From positions 1 to 64,000 of the forward strand of contig OZ241326.1 of the NCBI GenBank assembly GCA_965199855.1: DNA of 64,000 bases, written 5' to 3'. Positions within the stretch are counted from its first letter, which is position 1; each line of letters starts with the position of its first letter. Source of the DNA: a bacterium. Its GTDB lineage: Bacteria; UBA8248. Both the position numbers and the translations under genes were made by a program. Shown here piece by piece: positions 18,797-28,159 of the stretch. Below the pieces are notes generated by a model. It ran no database searches. It had not been told where the DNA came from and saw only the letters and a program-made list of their open reading frames with translations.

Positions 18797-20005
18797 ATGA
18801 GCCGGACAGCGTGGGACGCGATCGTCATCGGGGGCGGCATCCTGGGACTCTCCACCGCCATGGAGCTCAGCCGCCGCCACCCCCGCAGGCGCGTCCTCGT
18901 CCTCGAGAAGGAAGCCGGGGTCGGCCGCCACCAATCGCTCCGCAACAGCGGGGTGATTCACGCGGGCCTCTACTACCGCCCCGGCTCGCTCAAGGCGAAA
19001 ACCTGCGTCGAGGGCGCGGCCGCCATGGTGCGCTTCGCGCGGGAGCGCGGAATCCCCCACGAAATCTGCGGAAAGCTGGTCGTCGCCTCGAACGAGGCGG
19101 AAATCCCCCGGCTCGAGGAGCTCCGCCGCCGGGGAGCGGCCAACGGGGTCGGGAACATCTCCGTCCTGGGGCCCGAGGCGATGCGGGAAATCGAGCCGCG
19201 CGTCCGGGGCGTCCGGGCGCTCTGGGTGCCCTCCACCGGCATCATCGACTACGGCGCCGTCGCCCGCGCCTTCGCCCGCCTCGTAACGGACGCGGGCCAG
19301 AGCATCCGGACCTCGGCGAAGGTAACCGCCATCGCGCGCTCGGGGAGAGAAAGACGGGTCGAAACAACGGCGGGAGACTTCGAGGGCAGGCTCATCATCA
19401 ACTGCGCGGGGCTTCACGCCGACAGAATCGCCAGACTCGCCGGCGGGGCGCCGCCGGTGAAAATCGTGCCCTTTCGCGGCGAGTATTACGAACTCGCGCC
19501 TGATCGGCGCGCCCTCGTCAAGGGGCTGATCTACCCGGCGCCCGACCCGGCGCTTCCCTTCCTGGGCGTTCACTTCACGCGCCGCGTGAACGGGGCGGTC
19601 GAGGCGGGGCCGAACGCCGTTCTGGCCTGCATGAGAGAGGGCTACTCAAAAGCCGACGTCAGCCCCCGCGACCTGCTCGAAACGCTCGCCTACCCGGGCT
19701 TCCTGCGGCTGGCGCGGAAATACTGGAAAACGGGACTGGGCGAGATGGTTCGCTCCTTCAGCAAATCCGCCTTCACGCGCGCCCTGCGAAAGCTCATGCC
19801 CGAAATTCAGGAATCGGACCTCATCCCCGCGGGCGCGGGCGTTCGCGCCCAGGCGGTGGACAGGAACGGCCGCCTTCTGGATGATTTCGCCATCCTCAGA
19901 ACCGAGGGGGCGATTCACGTGTGCAACGCCCCCTCGCCGGGGGCGACGGCCTCCCTGACGATCGGCCGCGCCATCGCGGACATGGCGGATGAGATGGTGG
20001 ATTGA
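18797..20005 (+). CDS. lhgO: L-2-hydroxyglutarate oxidase (FAD-dependent)
   Basis: IGGGILG, HQSLRNSGVIHAGLYY, PFRGEYY, PFLGVHFT, AGVRAQA, NAPSPGATASL. Confidence 0.9.
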   Translation: MSRTAWDAIVIGGGILGLSTAMELSRRHPRRRVLVLEKEAGVGRHQSLRNSGVIHAGLYYRPGSLKAKTCVEGAAAMVRFARERGIPHEICGKLVVASNEAEIPRLEELRRRGAANGVGNISVLGPEAMREIEPRVRGVRALWVPSTGIIDYGAVARAFARLVTDAGQSIRTSAKVTAIARSGRERRVETTAGDFEGRLIINCAGLHADRIARLAGGAPPVKIVPFRGEYYELAPDRRALVKGLIYPAPDPALPFLGVHFTRRVNGAVEAGPNAVLACMREGYSKADVSPRDLLETLAYPGFLRLARKYWKTGLGEMVRSFSKSAFTRALRKLMPEIQESDLIPAGAGVRAQAVDRNGRLLDDFAILRTEGAIHVCNAPSPGATASLTIGRAIADMADEMVD

Positions 20006-20041
20006 AGCGCCCGCTCCTCGCCGGAGGAGCGAGGAAGCGGC

Positions 20042-21055
20042 CTAGGCCGCGGGCGCGCCGTTCGTCTTGGGCGCGGCGCCGTAGAGCTTCTCCGAGAAGT
20101 GGCAAGCCGCGAAATGGCCAGGCGATATCTCGCGCATCGGCGGCTCCTCGGCCACGCACCTCTCTTCCTTGTAGGGGCATCTCGTATGGAACCGGCAGCC
20201 CGAGGGCGGGTTCACGGGGCTGGGCACGTCGCCGGTGAGAATCATGCGCTTTTTCCTGAGCGTCGGGTCCGGAATCGGCACGGCGGAAAGCAGGGCTTCG
20301 GTGTAGGGGTGCTTCGGCTCCATCACCACCCGGTCGGCCGAGGACATCTCCACGATCTTGCCCAGATACATGACGGCGATGCGGTCGCTCACGTGCTGAA
20401 CGACGGCGAGGTCGTGCGCGATGAGCACGAACGCGATGCCGAACTCCTTTTGCAGATCCTCGAGAAGATTGATCACCTGCGCCTGGATCGACACGTCGAG
20501 CGCGCTCACCGGCTCGTCGGCGATGATGAGCTTCGGGTTGAGCGCGAGGGCGCGGGCGATGCCGATGCGCTGCCGCTGGCCGCCCGAGAATTCATGGGGA
20601 TAGCGCCGGATATGCTCCGGCCGCAGGCCCACCCGGTGGAGAAGCGAGGCGACCTTCTCCTCCTTCTCCTTTCCCTTGGCGATGCCGTGGATGGTCAAAG
20701 GCTCGCCGACGATGCTGCCCACCGTCATGCGCGGGTTCAGCGAAGCGTAGGGGTCCTGAAAGATGATCTGCATCTCCCGCCTCAGCTTGCGCATCGACTC
20801 CCTGTCGAGCGCGCAGACGTCCGTCCCCTCGAAGCTCACCTCGCCCGAGGTCGGCTCGATAAGGCGCAGCAGGGCGCGGCCCGTGGTGGATTTCCCGCAG
20901 CCGCTCTCGCCGACCAGCCCGAGCGTCTCGCTCGGCTCCAGATCGAAGCTCACGCCGTCCACGGCGCGCACGTAGTTGCGAATCCGGGAGAACACGCCCC
21001 CCCGCACCGGAAAGTGCTTCACCAGATCCTTGACTTCGAGCAGCTTCTGGGCCAC
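20042..21055 (-). CDS. Oligopeptide/dipeptide ABC transporter ATP-binding subunit (OppF/DppF type), stand-alone
   Basis: [36 protein letters not shown]-terminal GCRFHTRCP...AACH. Confidence 0.9.
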   Translation of the reverse strand: MAQKLLEVKDLVKHFPVRGGVFSRIRNYVRAVDGVSFDLEPSETLGLVGESGCGKSTTGRALLRLIEPTSGEVSFEGTDVCALDRESMRKLRREMQIIFQDPYASLNPRMTVGSIVGEPLTIHGIAKGKEKEEKVASLLHRVGLRPEHIRRYPHEFSGGQRQRIGIARALALNPKLIIADEPVSALDVSIQAQVINLLEDLQKEFGIAFVLIAHDLAVVQHVSDRIAVMYLGKIVEMSSADRVVMEPKHPYTEALLSAVPIPDPTLRKKRMILTGDVPSPVNPPSGCRFHTRCPYKEERCVAEEPPMREISPGHFAACHFSEKLYGAAPKTNGAPAA

Positions 21056-21414
21056 GCCTCCCGCCTCTCCTCAATGAACGTCCGCTTCACCGGACAAGAT
21101 TCCCCCTCCTTTCTATCACCAAGACGAAAGCCGGGCAAGCCGCGAAACTCCGGGCGGCGCGGCCGGAAGAGCGAGCGCCGCAGCCCGCGAAAGCGGGCGC
21201 GCCCCCCGGGGCGGGGCCCCTCCCCGACCGGGCGCTTCTCGAAGACGCGCCTCGCTCCCGAAGCCCTGTTGCCTATCGCATTCCGTTTTGCTAGGTTTGG
21301 CCGTCGGTCGCTTTGGCCAGAAGATTCGGCGAAGCCGCCCTCGCCCGATTCGAGCGATGGCGGGGAGCGGTTGTTTTTCATCCCTGCGCTGGAACGAGAG
21401 CACTGGAGAGGAAG

Positions 21415-21792
21415 ATGGCGGAAGAGGAAAAAGCGGAAGGCGGGGCGGAGCAGGAGGCGCCGGAGGATGCGGGGCCCGTTCTGACGGCGAAAGAGATCGA
21501 CAAGATGAACGCGCCCAGGCTCAAGGAGGCCGCCCTGGCCTACGGCGGAAAAATCTCGGGCGTTCACGGGATGGACAAGGCCCAGCTGACGCGCGCGCTC
21601 AAGGAGATCAACGGCATTCCGCTGACCGAGGCGAAGCGCGCCTCCCGAATCGACAGAAGCGCCGTCAAGCGGCGGATCAAATCTCTCAAGAACCTGCGGG
21701 ATCAGCACATCGAGGCGAAAGACGGCGTTCAGCTCAGGCGCGTCAGAAGGCGCATCAAATCGCTTCGCAGAAAACTGGTTCGCACCGCCTAG
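21415..21792 (+). CDS. Small protein with a Rho N-terminal-like (HeH) domain and a basic coiled-coil tail
   Basis: IDKMNAPRLKEAA...ISGVHGMDKAQL resembles the Rho_N helix-extension-helix; Lys/Arg-rich C-terminus. Confidence 0.55.
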   Translation: MAEEEKAEGGAEQEAPEDAGPVLTAKEIDKMNAPRLKEAALAYGGKISGVHGMDKAQLTRALKEINGIPLTEAKRASRIDRSAVKRRIKSLKNLRDQHIEAKDGVQLRRVRRRIKSLRRKLVRTA

Positions 21793-21836
21793 GCCGCAAG
21801 GGTCGGTCGAACGACGCCCCCGCCTCGGGAGGAGCC

Positions 21837-22823
21837 ATGCCCGCATCCGTATCCCTGCCCCTTTCCAACGGGGCCGGACGCTTCAGGGAGCGCATCCGCC
21901 AGGACGTCCCGCGTCTGACCCGCGCCGAACTCGCCACGCTGCAGATCAACGTGGGCAAATACTGCAACCAGACCTGCGCGCACTGCCACGTGGGAGCGGG
22001 GCCGCACCGCAAGGAGATCATGACGGAGGAGACGGCGAGCCGCGTCATCGAGTGGCTCGAGGCCGCTCGAATCCCCACGGTCGACATCACGGGAGGCGCC
22101 CCCGAGCTCAACCCGCAGTTCAGGCGCCTCGTCGCAAGCGCCCGCCGGGCGGGACGGCACGTGATGGTGCGCTGCAACCTCTCGGTGGTGTTCGAGCCCG
22201 GACAGGAGGATTTGATCGACTTCTACCGCGCGAACGGGGTAGAGCTCGTCTGCTCGCTTCCCTGCTACCTGGAGGAGAACGTGGACGCCCAGCGCGGCGA
22301 CGGCGCCTTCGACAAGTCCATCCGCGCGCTTCAGCTGCTGAACGGGGCGGGGTTCGGCCCCCCGGGCGCGCTGGAGCTGAACCTCGTCTACAACCCCGTG
22401 GACGACAACCTCCCCCCCCCCCAGGCGGGGCTCGAGGCGGACTACCGGCGGGAGCTCCTCCGCCGCTACGGCATCCGCTTTCACCGCCTCTACGCCATCA
22501 CCAACATGCCCATCACCCGCTTCGCCGGCTTTCTGAAGGCGCGCGGCAGGCTGGAGAGCTACATGGCGCGCCTGCGCGAAGCCTACAACCCGGAGACGCT
22601 CCCCGGCCTGATGTGCCGAAGCCTCATCAGCGTGGGGTGGGACGGCGTTCTCTACGACTGCGACTTCAACCAGATGCTGGGCATGTCGCTGGGCAACGGG
22701 ACGCCCCTGAAGCTCTGGGACGTCGCGCCGGCCGACCTGCTGGGCCGCGAAATCCTGCTGGCCGACCACTGCTTCGGCTGCACGGCGGGGGCGGGCTCCT
22801 CCTGCGGGGGCGCGCTGAACTGA
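21837..22823 (+). CDS. arsS: ArsS-family radical SAM protein (radical SAM + DUF3641, Cys-rich C-terminus)
   Basis: LQINVGKYCNQTCAHCH (CxxxCxxC), DITGGAPE, SLPCY, YDCDFNQML, HCFGCTAGAGSSCGGAL. Confidence 0.8.
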   Translation: MPASVSLPLSNGAGRFRERIRQDVPRLTRAELATLQINVGKYCNQTCAHCHVGAGPHRKEIMTEETASRVIEWLEAARIPTVDITGGAPELNPQFRRLVASARRAGRHVMVRCNLSVVFEPGQEDLIDFYRANGVELVCSLPCYLEENVDAQRGDGAFDKSIRALQLLNGAGFGPPGALELNLVYNPVDDNLPPPQAGLEADYRRELLRRYGIRFHRLYAITNMPITRFAGFLKARGRLESYMARLREAYNPETLPGLMCRSLISVGWDGVLYDCDFNQMLGMSLGNGTPLKLWDVAPADLLGREILLADHCFGCTAGAGSSCGGALN

Positions 22824-22900
22824 GGCCGCTCCGGCCGCCTGAGCCGCGCCCGATCCGGCCGTCCCGAACCGCCGCCCGAGGCGAAAGCGGAGGCGATTCC

Positions 22901-23668
22901 ATGCCGCGCGGAAAAGGCGTCAGACGGCGGGAGAGCAGGCTGCGCGCGCCGCTCGCCCTTCTTTTGAGCCTGGCACTCCTGTGCGCGCCCGCCGCCGCGC
23001 GGGGGTCGAGCCACGACCTCGACGATGAGGAGCCGGCGACCGAATCCATCGACCCGCTCGAGCCCCTGAACCGCGCGTTCTTCGCTCTCAACGAGGCCGT
23101 GGACGCCGCTCTCCTGCTGCCGCTCGCGCGCGTCTATCGCGCCGTATTCCCGAAGCCGGTCCGGGATTCGCTCCGCAACTTCACCCGCAACCTGAGCGCC
23201 CCCCTCGTCCTGGCGAACGACATCCTCCAGGGAGAGGGCAGGCGCGCCGAGATCACCCTGGGCCGGTTCGTCGTCAACACCACCCTGGGCTTGGGCGGGC
23301 TGTTCGACCCGGCGCGGGAGATGGGCCTGGCCCACCACGGCGAGGATTTCGGCCAGACCCTGGGGGCGTGGGGCGCGGGGCCGGGAATCTATCTCGTCCT
23401 TCCCCTTCTGGGACCCTCCACGCTTCGGGACGGCCTGGGCCGGGCGGCGGACGTCTTCATGGACCCTCTGCATTACGTCGGCGCGGCGAACGGGGACGCG
23501 CGGAGAATCCTCCTGGGACTCCGGGGCGGGGAGTTCGTCGACGCCAGAGAGCGTCTGATCGAACCCATGGAGGAGCTCAGGAAAGACCCCTTCGCCCTCG
23601 ATCACTATACGCTCATCCGCAGCATCTACCTCCAGCACCGCAAGAACGCGATTCTGAACAGGAAATAA
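22901..23668 (+). CDS. mlaA: VacJ/MlaA family lipid-asymmetry protein
   Basis: DPLEPLNRAFF, RFVVNTTLGLGGLFDPA, EDFGQTLG, YLVLPLLGPSTLRD. Confidence 0.85.
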   Translation: MPRGKGVRRRESRLRAPLALLLSLALLCAPAAARGSSHDLDDEEPATESIDPLEPLNRAFFALNEAVDAALLLPLARVYRAVFPKPVRDSLRNFTRNLSAPLVLANDILQGEGRRAEITLGRFVVNTTLGLGGLFDPAREMGLAHHGEDFGQTLGAWGAGPGIYLVLPLLGPSTLRDGLGRAADVFMDPLHYVGAANGDARRILLGLRGGEFVDARERLIEPMEELRKDPFALDHYTLIRSIYLQHRKNAILNRK

Positions 23669-23689
23669 GCCCCCCGGCCGCCCTCGAAT

Positions 23690-23705
23690 TGTTCCACGTG
23701 GAACA
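23690..23705. promoter_or_regulatory. parS centromere-like site (ParB binding)
   Basis: Perfect palindrome TGTTCCACGTGGAACA matching the parS consensus, extended to 20 bp (23688-23707); intergenic. Confidence 0.85.
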
Positions 23706-23987
23706 ATCCGAGGGCATTTGCCCGCAACTGCCCGCATTTGCGAGGCGGAGACGGCGCCGGGCCGGGTTATATTCCTGATGCGGCGGGAGTGCGCCCGCGG
23801 GGGAGGGAAGGCGGGCGAACCGGGGGGCGGGCGGGATGCTCAAAGGATGGTCAAAGGGGTCTCAAAAGGGTCGAAAAAGGACGGGAAATAGCTGCGTATT
23901 TGTCTATATTGGCCTTGAATTTGTCTGATTTTGCAGAAATTCGCAGACATTCACGCGCGGCTTTTCGGCGCGGACGGCGATCGTTCC

Positions 23988-24070
23988 GTAGGGGCGGTTC
24001 GTGAACCGCCCGTTTGGGGTGGTCGCCCATGGGCGAGGGTTCCATAAGGGCGGGGCTCTGTGATCGCCCG
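23988..24070. repeat. GTAG-type REP-like palindrome with a degenerate inverted partner
   Basis: GTAG-GGGCGGTTC-GT-GAACCGCCC (23988-24011); a weaker GGGCG...CGCCC element at ~24048-24070. Confidence 0.5.
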
Positions 24071-24223
24071 TTTTCAAGAAAGATTCGCAACGGAGGAGGC
24101 GGGGCGTTCCCGAACGACCCCTGCGGGATGGCGCGTCGGCGGGACGGGAATCCGGCGAAGGACATCCACAGGGGGTTGTCCCTGCGAAAGCGATCCGCGC
24201 GCGCCGCCGGATTCGCGCCCCGC

Positions 24224-26530
24224 TCACGCCCGGGATTTCGCCTTCAGGAGCCCCATCGCTATCTTCTCCGGCGTCAGGGGCAGGTCGCGGAACCGCGCGC
24301 CCGTGGCGTCGTGAATCGCGTTGGCGATGGCGGCCGCCGTCGGCACGTTCACCTGCTCGCCCGCCCCCTTCGCGCCGTAGGGGCCGTTGGAGTAGGGCAC
24401 CTCCACGATGACGGAGGCCACCCGATCCGGCGAGTCCGCCGCCGTCGGCGCGAGGTAGCCGTGCATGTCCGGGTTCTGCATGAGGCCCTCGCGCTGAACG
24501 ACCTCCTCCATCAGACAGAAGCCGACGCCCATATAGACGCCGCCCTCTATCTGCTGCTCGACGCCCATGGGGCTTATCGCCCTGCCCACGTCGTGGGCGG
24601 CCCACACGCCGACCACCTCCACCTCTCCCGTCTCCGCGTCCACCAGCACCTCGGCCACCTGGGCGCCGAACCCATAGACCTCATACGGCTCGCCCAGGCC
24701 CGTCTCCCCGTCGATTCCGGCGGGCGGCGGAATGCTGTCCGCCGCGCCCAGCTGCTTGCGCTCGTCGGCGACGAACGCCTCCGCGATTTCGGAAAGCGCG
24801 GCCCGCCCCCCGCCCCGCGAGCGCGCGCGGACCTCGCCGCCGCGCAGCTCAAGGTCCGCGGGCTCGGCCTCCAGCAGGACTCCGCCCAGGCGCAGCAGCT
24901 CCTCCCGCGCCTTCAGGCAGGCGCTGAACACCGCCCTGCCCCCCTGCATGGTGATGCGCGAGCTCGAGCTGGTGCCGCCGAACGGGTCGATCGCGGTGTC
25001 CACGCCCCCCATCAGGAATTCCGAATAGGGAACGTCCAGCGCCTCGGCGGCGATCTGGCACAGCGCCGTCTTGCTGCCCTGGCCGAAGTCCACGACGCCG
25101 GCGGCCACCTGGAGCTTCCCCTCCGCCGTGAGGAAGACGCGCGCCTCGGCGGGCGAGTAGGCGTTGCCCGTCCCGTAGAGGCAGCCCGCGACCCCGCGCC
25201 CGCGCAGGCGGCCGTCCCTCGCCCGCGCCCCCCCGCCGGCGCGCAGGCCCCAGGAGGAGGCCCGCTCCACCTTCCCCAGCGCGTCGAGAAAGCCCACGCT
25301 CTCGGGCAGGCGCTGGTTCCAGGCCGTGCGCGAGCCGACGCGAAGCCCGTTGACGCGCCGGATTTCGATGGGGTCGACGCCGAGCGTCCGGGCGAGCTCG
25401 TCCATCTGCTGCTCGCAGGCGAAGTGAACCTGGGGACACCCCGGCCCGCGCATCTGCCCCCCGTAGGGGTGGTTCGTGTGCACGCAGTGAACGTCCACCT
25501 TCGCGTGGGGGGTCTGGTAGGGGCCCGCCGCGTGGTAGGTCGCGCGCTTGAAGGCGGGCGGATTGTCTCCCCCGTTCGCCGCGTAGGCCCCCTTGTCCAG
25601 CCATACCTCCACCTCGACCGCCGTGAGGCGTCCGTCCCTCCTCGCGCCGATCTTCGAGCGGATGAAGGCGGCGTGGCGCTTCGAGGAGGCGATCATGCTC
25701 TCCTCGCGCGAATAGACGAGCTTCACGGGCCGGCCCGCGGCGCGGGCGAGGGCGGCGGCGCGCAGGCACACGTCGAGGCTCGCCTCGCTCTTGCCGCCGA
25801 AGGCGCCGCCGGTGACCGTCTGGACGAAGCGAACCGTCGCCTCGCCCCGAAGCCCCAGAATCCGGGCCGCGTTCTGACGAACGAGAAAGGGCTGCTGGGT
25901 CGAGCCCCATATCTGCATCCCGCCGCCCGGCTCCGGGCTCGCGCAGGCGGCCTCCACCTCGAGATAGAGATGATCGACGCAGGGCGTGGCGTATTCGTTC
26001 TCGACGATCGCGTCCGCCTTCCAGAAGCCCTCGCGGACGTCTCCCTTTCGTATCCTGGCGCGGTTGAGAACGTTGCCGCCGGGGAAGAGCCGCGCCGCCC
26101 CGCGCCTCATCGCCTCGCGCGGATCGCAGAGGACGGGCAGGGGGCGGTATTCGACCCGCGTCAGCCGCGCGGCCGCCTCGGCCGCCTCCGGCGTCTCCGC
26201 CGCGATGAGGGCGACCGCCTCGCCCGCGTAGCGCACCCTGTCGAAGGCGACGAGGGGCACGGCGCGCTCGTGGGCGAGGATGCGGGGACGCCCCGGCACG
26301 TCCGCGCCCGTGAGGACGGCGGCGACGCCGGGGACGCGGCGCGCCTCCCGCGCGTCCACGGAGAGGAGCTCGGCGTGGGCGAAGCGGCTGCGAAGCGCCC
26401 TGCCGACCAGCATCCCCGGGAGCCGGAGGTCGTCGAGATAGGCGGCGGCGCCCGCCGCCTTTTCGGGATCGTCCAGAAAAGGGAGGGACGCGCCGACCGC
26501 GGCCCCGCCCATGTCCTTGGCTTCCGCCAT
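24224..26530 (-). CDS. Xanthine dehydrogenase / CoxL-family molybdopterin-binding large subunit
   Basis: YLDDLRLPGML, VRYAGEAVA, GGAFGGK, MRGPGCPQ, DFGQGSKT, AHDVGRAI, QIEGG, YGAKGAGE; start MAEAKDM at 26530. Confidence 0.9.
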   Translation of the reverse strand: MAEAKDMGGAAVGASLPFLDDPEKAAGAAAYLDDLRLPGMLVGRALRSRFAHAELLSVDAREARRVPGVAAVLTGADVPGRPRILAHERAVPLVAFDRVRYAGEAVALIAAETPEAAEAAARLTRVEYRPLPVLCDPREAMRRGAARLFPGGNVLNRARIRKGDVREGFWKADAIVENEYATPCVDHLYLEVEAACASPEPGGGMQIWGSTQQPFLVRQNAARILGLRGEATVRFVQTVTGGAFGGKSEASLDVCLRAAALARAAGRPVKLVYSREESMIASSKRHAAFIRSKIGARRDGRLTAVEVEVWLDKGAYAANGGDNPPAFKRATYHAAGPYQTPHAKVDVHCVHTNHPYGGQMRGPGCPQVHFACEQQMDELARTLGVDPIEIRRVNGLRVGSRTAWNQRLPESVGFLDALGKVERASSWGLRAGGGARARDGRLRGRGVAGCLYGTGNAYSPAEARVFLTAEGKLQVAAGVVDFGQGSKTALCQIAAEALDVPYSEFLMGGVDTAIDPFGGTSSSSRITMQGGRAVFSACLKAREELLRLGGVLLEAEPADLELRGGEVRARSRGGGRAALSEIAEAFVADERKQLGAADSIPPPAGIDGETGLGEPYEVYGFGAQVAEVLVDAETGEVEVVGVWAAHDVGRAISPMGVEQQIEGGVYMGVGFCLMEEVVQREGLMQNPDMHGYLAPTAADSPDRVASVIVEVPYSNGPYGAKGAGEQVNVPTAAAIANAIHDATGARFRDLPLTPEKIAMGLLKAKSRA

Positions 26531-26842
26531 GCCGCGCTCCGGAGAAAGGGACGCCCGCAAGAAGAGAGAGAACCGGCGATCCCCGCAATCTACGCGCCCG
26601 AAAAGCCTTTGTCCACGAAGCCGGCGCCGCGGAAGCCATCCCGACGGGGGAGTCGCCGCCGGCCGGAGCCGACGGGAGAGCGGCGGATTCCGCCGCCCGC
26701 TCCCTCCCCGGCCTCGGACGGCGCCGGGAACGGCGGGCGCCGCGTTCCATATACCGCCGCCTGTGATAACATCCGCGAAGCGGGAGGCGGCGGCGCCTTG
26801 CCGCGGGCCTGGCGCATTCGGAGCGGCGGAGGGGAGCGAAGG

Positions 26843-27514
26843 ATGGATGAGCGAGAAGGTTCGGCGCGCTCCCTGTTTCCCGACTTTCCGCGAATCGCCG
26901 ACCTGTTCGCGCTGGAGACGGAGGGCCTCCCCGAGGAGAGCCTGCTCCGGGTCAGGGAGGAGAAGAGCTGGGGGCTGTGGTCGATTCAGGATCAGGCGAG
27001 CCACGTGGCCTCCCTGCCCTACCGCTGGCTGCTGGTTCGCTGGGGCGGCGTTCTCTTCGGCGGCGCGCTTCCGCGCGAGAGGGCGCTGCTGGAGCGCTTC
27101 GACGGCCGGATGATGAAGCGCGAGCATTATCCGCGCATCGGGCAGCTTCTGGACGCCATGGGGGATTCGTTCGCCCTCGCCTGGGAGGTTCTAGGGGCGG
27201 AAACGCCCGAATCCCTTCGGGACGGGCGCAGGGTTTCCGAGCGCGCGCCGAAGGGCATGAAGCGGCCCGGCACGGGCGAGGACGTCCGCGAATGGCGGGA
27301 GAGGGTGACCCTCAAGGCGCATCCCGACGGCGCGTGGACGGATCCGGACGACCCGGACCTCTTCCACTTCAGCCTGGAATACACATTTCGCCACCTGCTC
27401 TGGGAGGCGTACGCCCACCTGAAAACCATCCAGATGCACAAGAAGGCCGAAGGAAGGGCGCCGCGCGCCGCCGTCCCGCAGGGCGGCTACCTGGCCGTGC
27501 TGAGGTGGGAGTAG
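26843..27514 (+). CDS. DinB/YfiT-like four-helix protein
   Basis: WSIQDQASHVAS and FRHLLWEAYAHLKTIQ resemble DinB metal-ligand motifs; GGAG before ATG 26843. Confidence 0.55.
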   Translation: MDEREGSARSLFPDFPRIADLFALETEGLPEESLLRVREEKSWGLWSIQDQASHVASLPYRWLLVRWGGVLFGGALPRERALLERFDGRMMKREHYPRIGQLLDAMGDSFALAWEVLGAETPESLRDGRRVSERAPKGMKRPGTGEDVREWRERVTLKAHPDGAWTDPDDPDLFHFSLEYTFRHLLWEAYAHLKTIQMHKKAEGRAPRAAVPQGGYLAVLRWE

Positions 27515-27579
27515 GGCGCGCATGAGCGGCGGGCCGCGGCGTTCTCCGGCGGCCGCCCGAACGAGGGGAGGCAAGGAGC

Positions 27580-28143
27580 ATGGTGGAGAGCCCGAACTAT
27601 CCCTGGCACGAGAGCGGAGTCCCCGGCGAGCGGCCGATCGACAAGCCCGATCTCCCGAAGGAGGGCTACGAGATCACCATGCTCGCCGAGACGGAAACGA
27701 CCGGCGAGGGGCAGCTGAAAATCGGGCGCTTCCGCCATTTCGAGGTTTTCAGCGACGAGCCGCCCCGCATCGGCGGAGAGGACAAGCATCCCCAGCCCCT
27801 CACCTACATCGCCATGGGCGTGGGCTTCTGACTGCTCACCCAGCTTGGGCGGTACGCCCACATGACGAAAACGACCTTCGAGAAGGCCTCCTGCCGCGTC
27901 GAGTTCGACTACTTCCTGAAGGGCTCGGTGCTGAGGGGGGACGCGCATTCGGGGTGCCGGCGGGTTCGGACGCGCTTCCGGGTGGAATCGGACGAGCCGG
28001 AGGAGAAAATCCTCCGCGTCATCCGGCTGGCGAAGCGGGGCTGCTACGCCGAGCAGATGGTGCGGACGGCGGTTCCGCTCGAGAGCGCCGTGGAGCTGAA
28101 CGGAAAAAGCGTCGAACTGCGCGAAGCCGCGGACGAAGGATAG
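27580..28143 (+). CDS. OsmC-like selenoprotein (187 aa, Sec at codon 84, TGA 27829-27831)
   Basis: ORFs 27580..27831 and 27862..28143 are in the same frame and joined by one TGA: SDEPPRIGGED..P.PLTYIAMGVGF-U-LLTQ...GCYAEQ. The TGA sits at the OsmC first catalytic Cys position; AAGGAG RBS; SECIS-like hairpin follows. Confidence 0.8.
27846..27860 (+). promoter_or_regulatory. Putative bacterial SECIS hairpin
   Basis: TGGGC-GGTAC-GCCCA; the G-initiated apical loop starts 19 nt after the UGA. Confidence 0.55.
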
Positions 28144-28159
28144 CGGCGGACGCCCTCGA

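Noticed and set aside
22412-22422. C11 homopolymer in arsS as a phase-variation switch
   Set aside because: It is in frame and encodes the LPPPQ motif typical of the family; there is no evidence of length variation without reads.
22790-22823. Selenocysteine at the ArsS C-terminus
   Set aside because: The SSCGG position is a TGC (Cys) codon; the terminal TGA follows the usual GGAL end and is a normal stop.
23700-24220. oriC within the parS-containing intergenic region
   Set aside because: No consensus DnaA boxes (TTATCCACA) or dnaA/dnaN genes were seen.
24014-26842. Apparent 1166-aa protein 24014..27514
   Set aside because: The first ~940 codons are antisense to the Mo-hydroxylase gene; only the part from ATG 26843 (with RBS) looks like a real protein.
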